64,000 nucleotides of DNA from Rhizodiscina lignyota (taxonomy: Eukaryota): NCBI GenBank assembly GCA_010015805.1, contig ML978121.1, forward strand, positions 2,480,001-2,544,000, read 5' to 3'. Made by a program: the position numbers and the translations under genes. The notes beneath the pieces are model-generated. The model was not told where the DNA came from, made no database searches, and saw nothing but the letters and a program-made list of their open reading frames with translations. This document shows positions 1 to 12,370 of the stretch, one piece after another (the stretch's first letter is position 1; each line of letters starts with the position of its first letter).

Positions 1-861
1 CTCATTGTCCATCATCACCGTTATTAGGTGACCAAGGCCGATCAATAGTCGGCTTGAATTTTGCCGAAGTTGTGATTCAGAAGGTGGTTTGCATCTAGAC
101 GCTCTTTCTTTGTCCAGACGCTCTTCTTTGTCCATAATGCTCATACATACGACATTGAGAGACCGAGATGAGGCTGAGTATGTCTGATAAATACGGCCGT
201 GGAGCCGAATCATCGCGCAACCCTTCCGAGAAGTCAATCGTCTTGCTTACGTTCGTCTCCTGTTGCTTTATTACTCCCCATTAGGTGTTCCTCGAGTTCT
301 CGGTCTTGCCGTAACTACTAAACACTCAGATGCAGCTGGAATGTAACGGCAAAGTCTATTGAGGGATTCACACATCGAAGCGGGATGGTCATTCAATGGA
401 ACCGCTTGCAGCATGGGGACTTCTCTTCGTCTGCCAATGGAAATCAAATTCCCTTATGATCCAATGACCTTCTTAAATCTCTATCTCTGATCTTGTCATG
501 GGAAGCAGATTCTCGAAACTATCGAGCCGAGTGTATCCAAACGCCAATGCGAAGTCATTAACCTGCGACATTTGCCCCTCAATTTCTCCATTGCGCTTCT
601 GCGAGACTCGATTCTAAGATGCGCTGACGAGCATCGCAGAGAGCAGTATCCCCTGGTCGAATTCACCACATTCAGTGTATTGGTTCGTGAGCGCGCGGAT
701 GGGGTGTGGAGGGTGGTTTCCGCGTTAGCGTTTTGAAGAAAAGGCTCGTCGCCGAGGAGAGTATTCTTCCCCGGTTCTACAGTGTCGACTTTCAGCCACG
801 ATCCCAGCGATCCTATCGACATTCTCTACCTTGGGTAATGAGGAAGACAAGCCTTGCATCC

Positions 862-2233
862 TTACTCCCTCAGCAAGACCTGCGCCCTGATCAGTGTCTG
901 CAACATGGTCCCTCTCTTCGCAATCTCTCTGTACTCAATGATCGGTGTAATCTGCAACGACACCAGTCTGCCCCTGAATGCCGACTCGGGCTGCCCTGGG
1001 TGCAGATTGCGCGCCACCATCTGGTCCTGGTAGAACAACAGATCCTTATATTTGGGATTGTCCATTTCCGGATCCATGTACGGCTTCCAAATGAATAGCC
1101 AAATCCGTGCGAGACTGTTGATGCGGCAGAAGAGGTCGATCATTCTAAGGACGAGAGGTCGAAGTTGGATGAACGCGTCTCTCTGCAGATCTTGGGGAAT
1201 GGCAGGGCGGAGGAGGGCCTCGAGTCCCATCGGTCCGTTCAGAATTCGACTCGAGAATGCGTTCCTGAACTTTTCAAAGTCATTGTGCATTTGGATCTTC
1301 TTGAAGATGTAGGCGCGCGAAGACTCTCGCGCAGCAATGTCCTTGTCTCTGTTCCTGTTCCTGTTGACGGCTTTTCCCTGATTTAGCACTTCCTCCCAAT
1401 CGCGCAGAGTGTATATCAGTTCCGAAATGTCTTTTGCGTTTTTATACCATTCATCCAGAACATGCTCCTCGGTGAGATCGTCGAAGATCTCATGTATAAT
1501 GAGCGCGACGATGATGAAGGGCTTCATCGCCGCATTTTGAAGGAGCACGACAGCGAATCCAGGTCGAGTGTACTGCTCGCAGGCGTTGTAGAGCGACATC
1601 ATTGCCGGCTGCTGCTGGTCATTCAAGATGGCCAGCAATGGAAACCTCTTCGCCCAGTTCTCGATGAGGCTGTAGAGTTGGTTAAGGTTATTGATCAGCT
1701 CTCGATTTGTCGGTGCGTCGAATCCGGGCAGTGTTGACTTATACGACGGCCTTTGCATGGGAGGGCCATCAGACTGATGCGGTTGCTGGGATTTTGGACG
1801 CGGCGGTGGCTGGGTCTGCTGTTGCAGAATCTGAGGATCAGACACTGAAATAGGCACTTGGTGGGGTGGAGGGTGCACTGTGGGTTGCCTCGCTACCTTC
1901 AGTTGTGCCTCCAACTCTCTGGTTCTGTTATTCGCGCCTCGTAACTCCTGCTGTAGCTCTTGGTAATCATGTCGGTACTCATCGACTTCTTTCAGAAGCT
2001 CCTTGCATTCCCTGCGAAGTTCCTTGTTGTCACCCTCTAGCCGATTTACTTCGTCCTCCGCACGTATGAGGAGCTGGTGCAGGGTTGGTGCATGGCCTAT
2101 TTTGATTATTAGAAATTCAATTCTTGGTATAAAGGAAGTATAATATACTACCTGCTGAAGCGCCACCTGTTGTTGGAAAAAATCCTCGTGATGCGGGCCC
2201 CCCTCCCCCCCTTAAGTTGCCCCTGCCGTCCAT
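862..2233 (-). CDS. Hypothetical protein: N-terminal coiled coil, Pro/Gln-rich linker, helical C-terminal domain (2 exons)
   Basis: 434-codon ORF. ATG at 2233 and intron 2151-2097 (GTAGTA...CTAAT...ATAG) join in frame to GHAPTL. Heptad-rich segment LIRAEDEVNRLEGDNKELRRECKELLKEVDEY. Confidence 0.7.
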
Positions 2234-3708
2234 TTGATGGTCCCCCTGGTGTCTATGCTGTCAGGGTCTGTGAGGTGTTTGATATATATCAAGAAACCGA
2301 ACTGGTCTAAATATAGTATAAAAGATCTCTGCTGGAGGAAGATTTGTTGCGGAGGCCTTATCAAGAAGATGAGCGGGAAGAGGGCCTTGAGGAAAGTAAC
2401 GTCTGTAAGCCGCCACCGTGGGAGCAGAATAGAGTCTTGTATAGAGGAAAGTGGCAGAAGTGTAGATGATAATAAGCTATTCCGTGCACGGCCCGTGTTC
2501 GCTAGTTCCGCATCGTGATAATATGTGACGGAATATGTGAAGGAATATGGAACCTGGCATTGTGTACACTAATAGATGCACTTAAGTGCTCTTAGCACCA
2601 TTACGCACGCTAAAAGATATATTGGAGTGCTCTCTATCCCTTCTTATACGGCTTAGACGAGTGATTCAAAGTGCTTGCCAATGCATCAGTATGAATGATC
2701 TTATAGCAAGCATATCGCAGTACGTGATTAAGGAAAATTTTGACTTTTAGCAATACGTACTCATGTTAGAATGAAACAATTGAAAGACTAATTGCTGAGG
2801 GTCAGCTGTCCGATGATATGAATGCTTCTGCCCATCAATTGGCAAAGACAAACTTTCGCACAGCCGACATAAAGAGATCTCACAAATCTGGAAAATATAA
2901 CTGCAAAGACGACGACACAGAACAGAAGGGTGGAAATCAATGGCACCAAAATTAGCCACAACCTCACCACGCTGCGTCAACAGCCCAATTCCCCACAGCC
3001 ATAACGGTTTCCAGCGCCAGATGAAGACAATCAGCTGCTAGCATAGAAGCACGTTGAAGGACAAGTTTCTTCGCACTTGGCCGCGCTCCTATCGGGAATT
3101 ATATTGATCCTCCTTGAGATTCCTGGCGCTACTTGTTTCGATTGCCTTCTTTCCGAGGTAAGAGTTATGTTCTTGACTGAAATCTACCTCGCGTCGGCCC
3201 GCTCGATGTTATGCGATCGCTCCGCGAACCACTTTGTCATCTTCTGATTGCGAGCAATCACAGTCTATTAATATCCGTCGTAGAATCGACAGGTGTCGCC
3301 GCCAGTGTGTGAAGAAGGCGACCTTGGCAGCGAGTATGATGTCCAGAAAGGGTCCGCGTCCCCCCTAGGTTGATGTACTGTAGAGCCCCACCGTAGTCTA
3401 ACCACTTTCGACTACATGCAATTGAGACAACGTTAAATACCACGTTTTCAATTAGAATAATTGTAGACGCTTTTGAAATCCAATATCGTATTCTTCTGCG
3501 GAGGTGCATATCACTGTATTCGCTATTATCTGCTTAATCGCCTCGGAGCGATCCAACAAGAGATCAAAGCATTCAATTCATGACTGCTAAACCAAGTCCA
3601 TCCATTTTCCCTCGATTTTCCATTCGTGTTGCTGTGATGTCCATCTGTAATTCAATCACAGCCAGGACATTTCCATATCTCAAACGTCTTCCATAAACGC
3701 AGATGACA

Positions 3709-6106
3709 TTAAGTCCTGCGTCCCGCCTTAAGCAGCTCCTGCCAAGCCAAATCCAATCCTCTCTTGACCTCTCGATAACTGACGACAAGCACATTCTGCT
3801 CATCCCGACTCGTCAGCACAACCTTCTCCTCGCTGCCCGCATCCAACTTGTTCAGGCACCCAATGACATGCGCCAAATCGGTGACCGGTGCCCCGCGCGC
3901 GTCCACCTGGTGGAAGACAAAGTCGCGGAACAACTTCAGGTAGTATCGCTCGCCCGTCTCGCTCCACTGTGACTGCTCGAAGAAGTCTGGGCGCTCGTTG
4001 ATCATGTTTAGCTTCGTCATGAGGCGCACAATACGGCCATTCTCGAGTTCGCGTGAGAGCACGGAGGTCAGCGTGTCCTCGGCGTGGAAGGTGTTGTCGA
4101 GGACGGCAGTAACCTGCGCGGCGATCTCGGATATGAAGATATCGATGGACTTCAAAGTCTGCTGGTTAGGTGTGGTCGGGGATGTTGGGCTGAGAGGGGT
4201 CGAGGGTGGAGGCGCTGGGCTGAGTAACCAGTTGACGCAGTCCTTAAGACGTGGACTGTAGAAGCGGGTTAAGGTGTCGAAAGATTTCTGCGGGTTCTGG
4301 AGAGGATTGATATTGTGGCTGGCAAGTGCGAGGACGAGTCTGCCGAGTTGGATCAGATCCTCTTGCTGCAGCTCGCTAACGCTTCTTTGAGCCTCGTACT
4401 GGACCACGTCGAGGATACCGCAGGAATTGAGGCGAATACGGCCTTTGGAGGTTATGAGAACCTTTGTTGGTGAGATGACCTGTGCAGCTAGTCCATTGCT
4501 ATGGATAGCCTTCAAGGCAGAAGCGATCTGAACGATGTAGCTCCACAGATCTTGCTCCGGGATAGCTTGAGGAGAGGGACGGGTTCCTGGAAATCGGCCA
4601 GCCTGCGTGAAGAAGTGCTCCGCAAGCGTCTTAGCCAGCGGATGATAATCGGTAACGAAGACGAGAGAGCTATCACCAAATGCTCGAGTGGTGATTGCGG
4701 CGTGTACTGAGACTACACCGCCATTTCGGATACGATTCCAAGGGCGCACAGCGCGAATAGTTCGTTCGTCTGTCAGTTTGTAGCCTTCAAGCCTTCGGAG
4801 CGCATAAGTGGATCCATCTTTGCTGGAAACTGCTTTGTAGATCCAGGTAGGATACCCAAAGAGCAACGCGTTCCTCTGGTGGTTGGTATCCAATGGAACG
4901 AGAGAGTGAAAGACATCAACCTGCGCAGGCAGTGACGATTGAGGGAGAATTTGGCGCGTAGCCTCGGATTTGCGGTGCAGGTCTTCTCTAAGATCTTCTG
5001 GGATAAAGAAATCATAGGCAGTGCGTTGGTAATCGAGGAGATGTTCCTTCGATGGGCCGGAAGGTGCATAGAGGTGGTACTGAAGCGGTTGTGCGAATCC
5101 GTTGTTCGGTTGAAAGAACTGTGTACCGGCGAGATTTGCGGCATCTTGTGCAGCATAAGGGTTGATCTGAGCGTTCTGGTTGCCATTTGACATGCCAGGA
5201 ACAGGTGGTTGGACCGTAAAAGGATCATAAGAGTTCAGCATGGATTGCTGAGCATTCATATCTTGCTGTACGCCGAAATTTAGCTGCGTATTTGCAGGGT
5301 CTAGGCAAGCGTAAGTCAATCATGTAGAAGGAAAATCAAACTCACAATTTGCGTAACGTCGTACGCTCCGGGGATGAACTCCTGGAAGTCGTGGGAGCCC
5401 CATTCTGCCGATGGTTCTCGGACCTGTGGGACAGGGGGTGCGGGCGCGGGTGTAAAATTCGCTGTCATGAAAAAGTCAGTGTCTTTGATCTTAAAAACAG
5501 CTTTGTCGCAGTAGTCCAGGTGGTGAGAGAAACACACCGGTTTTGGTAGACTTGGGCGTGAAGATTGCGGCGCTGGCTGCCTTCGGAGATATCGCTGCAC
5601 TCCCGATTCTAGAGGAAGATCCAGAGTTCAGTCCATTGGCCGAAGGTTGAAGAGGGGTGAAAGAGGGTGAATCAACATTGAGTCGTTTTCTTAAGCTATG
5701 TACGTTTAGGTATAAGTATATGAATTGAAGATGGAGGGCCTTTGATTTTCGAGGCTAACCTATCGTTATTGTTGTTGTTGTTCTGCATGGTGGGTGGCTT
5801 TGCTGTCTTTTCATGGAGAAACGCGCAACCTAAGCATCACGGTTAGCATGAGTTGAGTAATTGAACGCAGAGGGGGCGCGTACCATCATTCTCATATCGA
5901 CAATGGCCGTAAATGCTCACGTTTCGGCATAAAGTGTTCTTTGCGTTCTCTGTTGCTCCCGTATCAACAATCTTGTTTACTTCCCACGCGTCTTCTACCA
6001 GTGTTGTTTCCACTGGCACCAATCAAAACATACCGCGTCCTTTTGGTCTTGGTGAGGAGATATTGCGACGCGTGTCACCCGAGCCACCACCAATTGTTGT
6101 TGCCAT
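3709..6106 (-). CDS. PAN3: PAN2-PAN3 deadenylase subunit PAN3 (CCCH zinc finger, PAM2-like motifs, pseudokinase, C-terminal knob); at least 5 introns
   Basis: CCCH finger CRNVSIYGHCRYENDGCAFLH rebuilt across introns. PAM2-like LNVDSPSFTP and FQEFIP. Pseudokinase FGDSSLVFVTDYHP. C-terminal ELENGRIVRLMTKL...WSETGERYYLKLFRDFVFHQVD. Confidence 0.95.
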
Positions 6107-6909
6107 GAAAGGCGAGGGATCGCGCGGAGAGGATCGAGGTCCGGAAGCGCCCGGTGACGTCTTTGAGCGCTTGCGTGTAGTGCCTCCTACGTATTGAAAA
6201 GTGTCTCGAGCTGGGTGTGTTGGAAGAGTGTGGAGGTTTCCATAGGTTAAAGCTTTTGGTTTCGAATTCGGCCTTGGCACTGCGGGTATTGAAGGTCCAA
6301 GGCTTGGAGTAGGCTGACACGCGGATGTAGGACCAGGCTCGCTCGCTGAATCTTGAGGGAAGCTTTGAGGTTCATCTACGCCTCTCTCGTGCGAGGCTGG
6401 AACGCGAGTCTCTTCAATGTGCTCCGCGGGGCGTTCCTCCGAGGCTTCGGCGTTCGTTTTGCATTGACTGGATTTGGTTGATCTTCTGCTTTTGAATTAG
6501 CGCCATCTTTGAACAGATCCGCCCAGAGGTGCCCCATTGCTGGTTCATATTCCCCGAGTATGCGGCATGGGAGGGTCAACATACGGCGTCAAGTGGTATC
6601 AGGGACGCTGGGTGGCGCTCCCGGTCAATGATCCTTCCTTGAAAGGCACTCGCCTGGTGATGCGTAAGGGACGATCCATGAGCGTTGGAAGGAGCAGGTG
6701 TCGGGATGGGGGGGATGGTGGTGAAGAGCAAGCGATCCACGCCCGCATATGGCCTTTCAGCGCGATGCAGCAGATCTCCGAACACGCGCGCCAAGAAACG
6801 TCACTCCCGCGCCGCATGGGAACATTTCAACACGTTCACCTTGGATAAATGCTCCCCATCAACAGCGCAATTTCTCATCAACTTCATTCTTTATTTCAGA
6901 GCTCCTACG

Positions 6910-8507
6910 ATGGCGAGCTCTGGCGCGGATCTCTCGAGGCTCACCGAAGACCAGCAGCTCGCTTTGCAGCAATTCACCTCCGTTACTGATCAAGGCCACG
7001 AGGCAGCAATACCATTATTGGAGCGCTGTCAGTGGAATGTGCAGGTAAGAGTTTGGTAGACTTAACATATATTGGATAATACTAATTCTTACTCAAGATT
7101 GCAATATCGCGTTTCTTCGATGGAGAACCCGCCGACCCTGTCGCAGAGGCGATCGACAATGGCCCTCCACCAGCCGATATCAGGCGACAGGAGGTGCTCA
7201 TGAATGGCTTCTCCTCCGCACGATCCTCATCTTCTCGAAACAGAGATCTCGAACCTGCGCCACGGATAGTTCCACAGCCGGAAAACCAACAGCTCGCCCA
7301 GCCAGCACCACTTGTACTATCCCTCCTCTTCGCACCCGTCAATCTTCTCTACAGCGTCCTCTCCAAGACTTTGGGCATAATAGGCTACCTATTTCCCTTC
7401 CTTCCTCGGTTGCTCAATCGCATCTCCGGCCGAACGCCCTCACGAGCCTCCCGTGGCAATACCAGCGGCCGACGACCACTCAACTCCCGAGACACAGCAG
7501 CTCGCTTTATCCGCGAGTTCGAGGAGGAATACGGTAGCAACACACTTCAATTCTTCGAGAATGGCTACGCACAAGCGTACGACACCGCAAAACGGGAGCT
7601 AAAATTCCTCCTCGTGGTACTCCTCTCTCCTGAGCACGACGACACCTCGTCCTTCGTCCACGACACTCTTCTCTCCTCCGAAGTCAGCACTTTCCTCTCA
7701 AATAACAAGGACAATATCATACTCTGGGCCGGCAATGTGCGAGACCCGGAAGCGTACCAGATTTCGACCGAGCTGAACTGCACCAAATTCCCTTTCTCTG
7801 CGCTCATTGTACACACGCCGAGTCAGTCATCGACATCAATGTCCACAGTACTCCGGATAACAGGGCCGACACCCGCAGGGTCGTACGTGTCGAAACTGCA
7901 AGCGGCGATCGCACAGCACTCTGCCGACCTCGATCGGTCGCGAGCAACAAGAGCAGAGCAGCAGGCAGCACGCGATCTACGGCAGCAACAGGACACAGCA
8001 TACGAACGATCACTGGCACAAGACCGAGAGCGCGCGAGGCAGAAACGGGAGGCGGAAGAGGCACAGCAACGTGCAGAGCAGGAGGCGAAAGAGCGCGAAG
8101 AAGCAAAAGAGAGAGAAGCGCAAAATCTCGAGCAATGGAGGAGATGGCGGGCGAAGAACGTAGCACCGGAACCTGGAGCTGATGTCAAAGATGCTGTGAG
8201 AATCAGCGTCAGGATGCCCGATGGGGAGAGGGTAGTGAGAAAATTCGGTGCTGAGGCCGAAATGGAGGAGCTGTATGCTTTCGTGGAATGCTATGAGATC
8301 CTGAATGCCGGAGAAATTGCAGAGGATGTAGAGAAGCCGAAGAACTTCAATCACGAGTACAAATTCAGACTTGTCAGCCCGATGCCGAGACAAGTGTATG
8401 AGCTTGCGGAGGGTGGGAATCTGAAAGAGAAAATTGGGCGAAGCGCGAATTTGATTGTGGAGAGGACGGATCTAGCAGATGACGAGGAGGAGGAGGAAGA
8501 AGATTGA
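6910..8507 (+). CDS. UBA-UAS-UBX domain Cdc48/p97 cofactor (FAF2/Ubx2/Ucp10-like) with hydrophobic hairpin
   Basis: Exon 1 6910-7044, intron 7045-7097. UBA-like ALQQFTSVT...LLERCQWNVQIAISRFF. UAS AKRELKFLLVVLLSPEHDD. Coiled coil. UBX RISVRMPDGERVVRKF...LVSPMPR. Confidence 0.9.
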
Positions 8508-8721
8508 GCGTCACTTTATCGAACATATGGGAGGAATCGTCTACAACTAGCCAAATGCCATGCATTGCAAGGCGTTAGAATACCCTGGTTAAAAAGCCAA
8601 TACGGAAGTTGGATGTCAAAATTCTGTAAAACTAGATCGGAACTATAGACGCAAGCGCTATTCGTATTGCATCTGAGCCAACAGCTCGTCTTCGAACTTA
8701 CCTCATCCCCTCCTCAGTCAA

Positions 8722-11174
8722 TCACAAGTCAAATTGCAGCACCGTGATTGAGAACTTCGGCACATCCCATGAAAACGTGCCATTGCCATAAGATGGAGGA
8801 GTAGACGGCAAGTTGAGTGGTCTCGGCACCACAGCGTCCATATCGTCGACGGAATTGAAAGCATGGAGGTTGTCATTCTGGATAGTAGTTCCGTTCATGC
8901 TGCTCCATTTTGAGCCCAGATCTACGCTTAAGGGTACTGTGAAGTTGGCGGAGTTGATGACCTGGATGCATTATGTTAGTAACTTGGGTTTCACCACACG
9001 CCACGGCATATTCAGCTCTGCTGCAACTCGTGGTCAAGCCTTGAAGTACGCACCTTTAGGTAAACGCAGCTCTCGCCATCAATGCTAGCAGCCCACCAAA
9101 GTGGATTAATATGGCCCTTACTCGCCATTACGGGTAGAGTCTCAGTTCCTCTGTAGTGCGCAAACAGCCTTTGCTGCCAATAACTCGCGCTCGGCACCGT
9201 CTGGTTTGGGTTTGCCGTATATGAAATCATGTCGGGCGTCCAATTGAACCAATTCCTATTCATCAGACTTGGCGCATAACTGCTCATCTTAACGGTATTC
9301 GGATTCCGTTCTGCGCCTAGTGCGTACACCCCCTCTGCAATGGCAGAGAGGAGCTGGGGGAATGGAACGTGGATTTCCGGGGGATTGGAGAAGTCCACGG
9401 CACCGCTGGGTGTGTCGACTTGATAAACGCTATACTCGCCGAGCAGGATCGTGACTTCCTCGTTGTTCGTGGATTCCTGCCAGTTGTCGTAGAAGTTAAA
9501 GTTCTTTAAGAAGAACGACGGCTCCTCGTAGTGGTGGGTATCCCACATCGCACCTTTGGGGATCTTGATCGTGTAGTTGTACCCTTGACCTGGAGCCTCG
9601 TTGTACGCCGTGCTGATGTACGTGATGTTGGGGTATTTCGATTTCAGTCCCTCATACATGATTTGGAAGCGGTACGGGTAGGTGGCACTGAACCAGTCCT
9701 CGTTTCCGATTTCGATAAACTTGATATCAAAGGGCTCCGGATGCCCGTGCGACGCACGAAGGGCGCCGTACTTCGTAGATGTATCACCCATACAGTATTC
9801 AAGTTCATCAAGGGCTTCTTGAAGGATGATCTGCATCTCATCAGAAGGAAAGCTGGTGCCCTTTTGCCCCCAGATGTCGAGCGAGAAACCGGAATATACA
9901 GCAAGCACAGGGGTGATGTTCATGTCTTCTGTCCATTCAAGATACTCCAAGAGGCCAAGACCATCAGTGTTTCTGCGGAATTGTTAGAAGGGTTTTCTGG
10001 GCCAAAAATGCGGTCACATACGTGTAAGACCAGTCGGCTGGTCGGCCAGGCCTGTCTTTAAGGTCACCGATCGTCTTCCACCACTTCCAGCGCTTGGCAA
10101 CAGAAACGCCTTCGATGTTGTTGCCTCCAGGGAATCGCAAGAACTTCGGGCCCAAGTCATTGAAAGCTTGGGCGATATCCTTTCGTAACCCATTCTGACG
10201 TCCCTTGAAAGTCTCCGGGAAGACTGAAATGAGATCGAAGTAGAAAGTAGAGTCTGCAACTTGCTTGGCGTCCATTGTGATGGCAAAGGTGTTGTTTGAA
10301 TATGGTGCAGAAACATCACAATCAATCGTAGCTTCGTACTTCTTGTAATCCAGCGTGGGGAACGTGACATGGGAGAGCTTGGTGCTGCACCACGTCTCAT
10401 TTGTTAGATTTGAGCGAAGTGAGAGCGTTATGTCGAAATTGTTTTTGTGGCGCGGAGCATTTGCAAGTGCGTAGAAAGATACCGTATACGTTTGCGGACT
10501 GACATCCATTCCCCACCTGAGGCATATTAGCACAACTAGCAGTTCTACATGGCACCGGGGAATATCAAACCAGCCGTAGTTTTTGAAGCCTACTTCGCCA
10601 GTGGCGTTTGATGATATGTCGAGTTCCATGGCGACTGGCAGAGCATCCGAAAGAGGGTGGAGCAAATCGAGAGACATGGTTACATTTCCGATTGTGTCCC
10701 AACCCGTAAGCACGGGGCCGTATGGGATAACTTTGTTCTCGCTGTCCACAATTACGCTGCCGGACAGATCCGACTTTACACCGGTAATGACATTCGAGCC
10801 TTTTAAAGTGTGAGAAGCAGTCACGGGCAACTATTTGGTCTCTTACCTTGAAAGGCTCTATTGGTAATGAGTTCTCCATAGATGCCTCCGTCACCGGAAT
10901 GATTGATATCCTCGAACATCAGGCCATAGAGATACCTAGAGGCCCCGTAAGCATCGGGTGTAGAATGGGACTGGAGTCTAACTCACGGAGATGTCTTGTT
11001 TCGTTTCGAGGTATCCGAGAGATCAATGTTAAGCGCAACAGGCGAATTGTCGCTCGAGCTTGCATTGATAAACTGATTTTGCATCTGTCTGGCCACCAGT
11101 AGATCTCGTGCATCAGCCCATAGTGGCAGCAGAGCGGCAGCCCAGGCCAGCGTCGCTGGTGATGGTCTCAGCAT
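8722..11174 (-). CDS. abfA: Secreted GH51 alpha-L-arabinofuranosidase A; 5 introns
   Basis: Signal peptide. [39 protein letters not shown] (acid/base Glu), IEIGNED, LGEY (nucleophile). Introns 10986-10936, 10846-10800, 10570-10517, 10021-9973, 9053-8962. Confidence 0.92.
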
Positions 11175-11309
11175 TTTGGACAATGTTTCGACGATCAAAT
11201 GACTTGACGGAAATGGAATGCTGTGCTCTCGAAGGAAGAGGGGAATAGTAGAGACTCTTTCAATTTATGAAATTCCCAACATACCCGTATACCGATTCGA
11301 ACCATTCTA

Positions 11310-11870
11310 CCCCACCGCGTCGCAACGGGAATTCCGATGCAGGTACCTAGATGATATTACAAGGGTGAAAACGTGATCCGGGTGGTCATGACGGCTATTG
11401 AACGCCAAAAACCTTGCAAGTCATAATGAAATCATCGATGAGGAGAATGCTCAATGAATGAGCTGTGGGGTTTTGGAGCTACAGTATGCACAGTATGCGT
11501 TGTGACGATCATAGAGAACCTCGTCGCTTTTAGCCGAAGGACTTAAGGGCAAGGCGAAAGCCATCAATAATTCACCGCGACATCAGATGAGACCGAGGAG
11601 TATAGGAAACGGAAGCTGAAAATGTCCGGAAAAATATCCTTAGTGCATTTTAGGGGCTTTCCGACGATATCGTACTCGAAGCTATTGATGATGAAAATGC
11701 CGTGGCGACTTCGCATGTTCCTCTATTCAATCAGGGGGAACCGCTGTGCAGGCGCTTTACCTCGCCTATGCAGGTGAAAATTAATCTGCGTATGCGACCG
11801 GTTCTTCTGCCAAATAATCGAAACTGTAGCTGATCTTCAAAGGTAAGGCAACTGTACGGAGCACGCGGAG
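11310..11870 (-). promoter_or_regulatory. Putative XlnR-type site and CreA sites upstream of the GH51 gene
   Basis: CGGCTAAA on the minus strand at 11529-11536 (XlnR consensus GGCTAAA). SYGGRG matches at 11310-11315, 11465-11470 and 11865-11870. These are short motifs, so chance matches are possible. Confidence 0.4.
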
Positions 11871-12370
11871 GTAGAGACAAAGATACCCCTTGAACTCGCT
11901 CTAACCCGTTCTAGAATCGCGCGGCTTTGAATCCACACCTTTTTCCAACTACACGGGGGAGAGAGTGCATGGCAAATTTATATGGATGATAGAGAGGCCA
12001 GAGGTTCCCAAATTAATTGACCGCCGGACAGACTGTAATGCCTCAAAGTAAGCAGCTTTTGCACTCCCAAGGTAATCGAGGGTATCTCTGAAAGCAAAGA
12101 TCTACGTCCTTTGAGGATAGTTACGGCATGTACACGCAGATCAAGCATTGCTTTAATTGAAAGTCGTCTCTCAGCTCCCTGCTTACGTGTAGATTTGACC
12201 TACAACTTGATTATATGCAGACGCTCAACTTCCAGAGATAAATGTGTAGCTAAAGGCTTTGAGATCACCTTGGGTAGACGCTCATGCTTGCAGACATTAT
12301 CATATCATTCGTGGCATATATTGTACAGTTTGGTCGTACAATTCATTGCACGTATAGAAGCAGGAAACCT

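Noticed and set aside
97..135. Short tandem duplication AGACGCTCTT(T)CTTTGTCC x2
   Set aside because: Only two copies; looks like simple slippage, with no spacers or array.
145..165. ACATACGAC resembling the 5' end of fungal 5S rRNA
   Set aside because: Similarity ends after 9 nt.
11294..11303. GGTTCGAATC (tRNA T-loop / B-box) on the minus strand
   Set aside because: The flanks do not form a T stem and no cloverleaf can be built.
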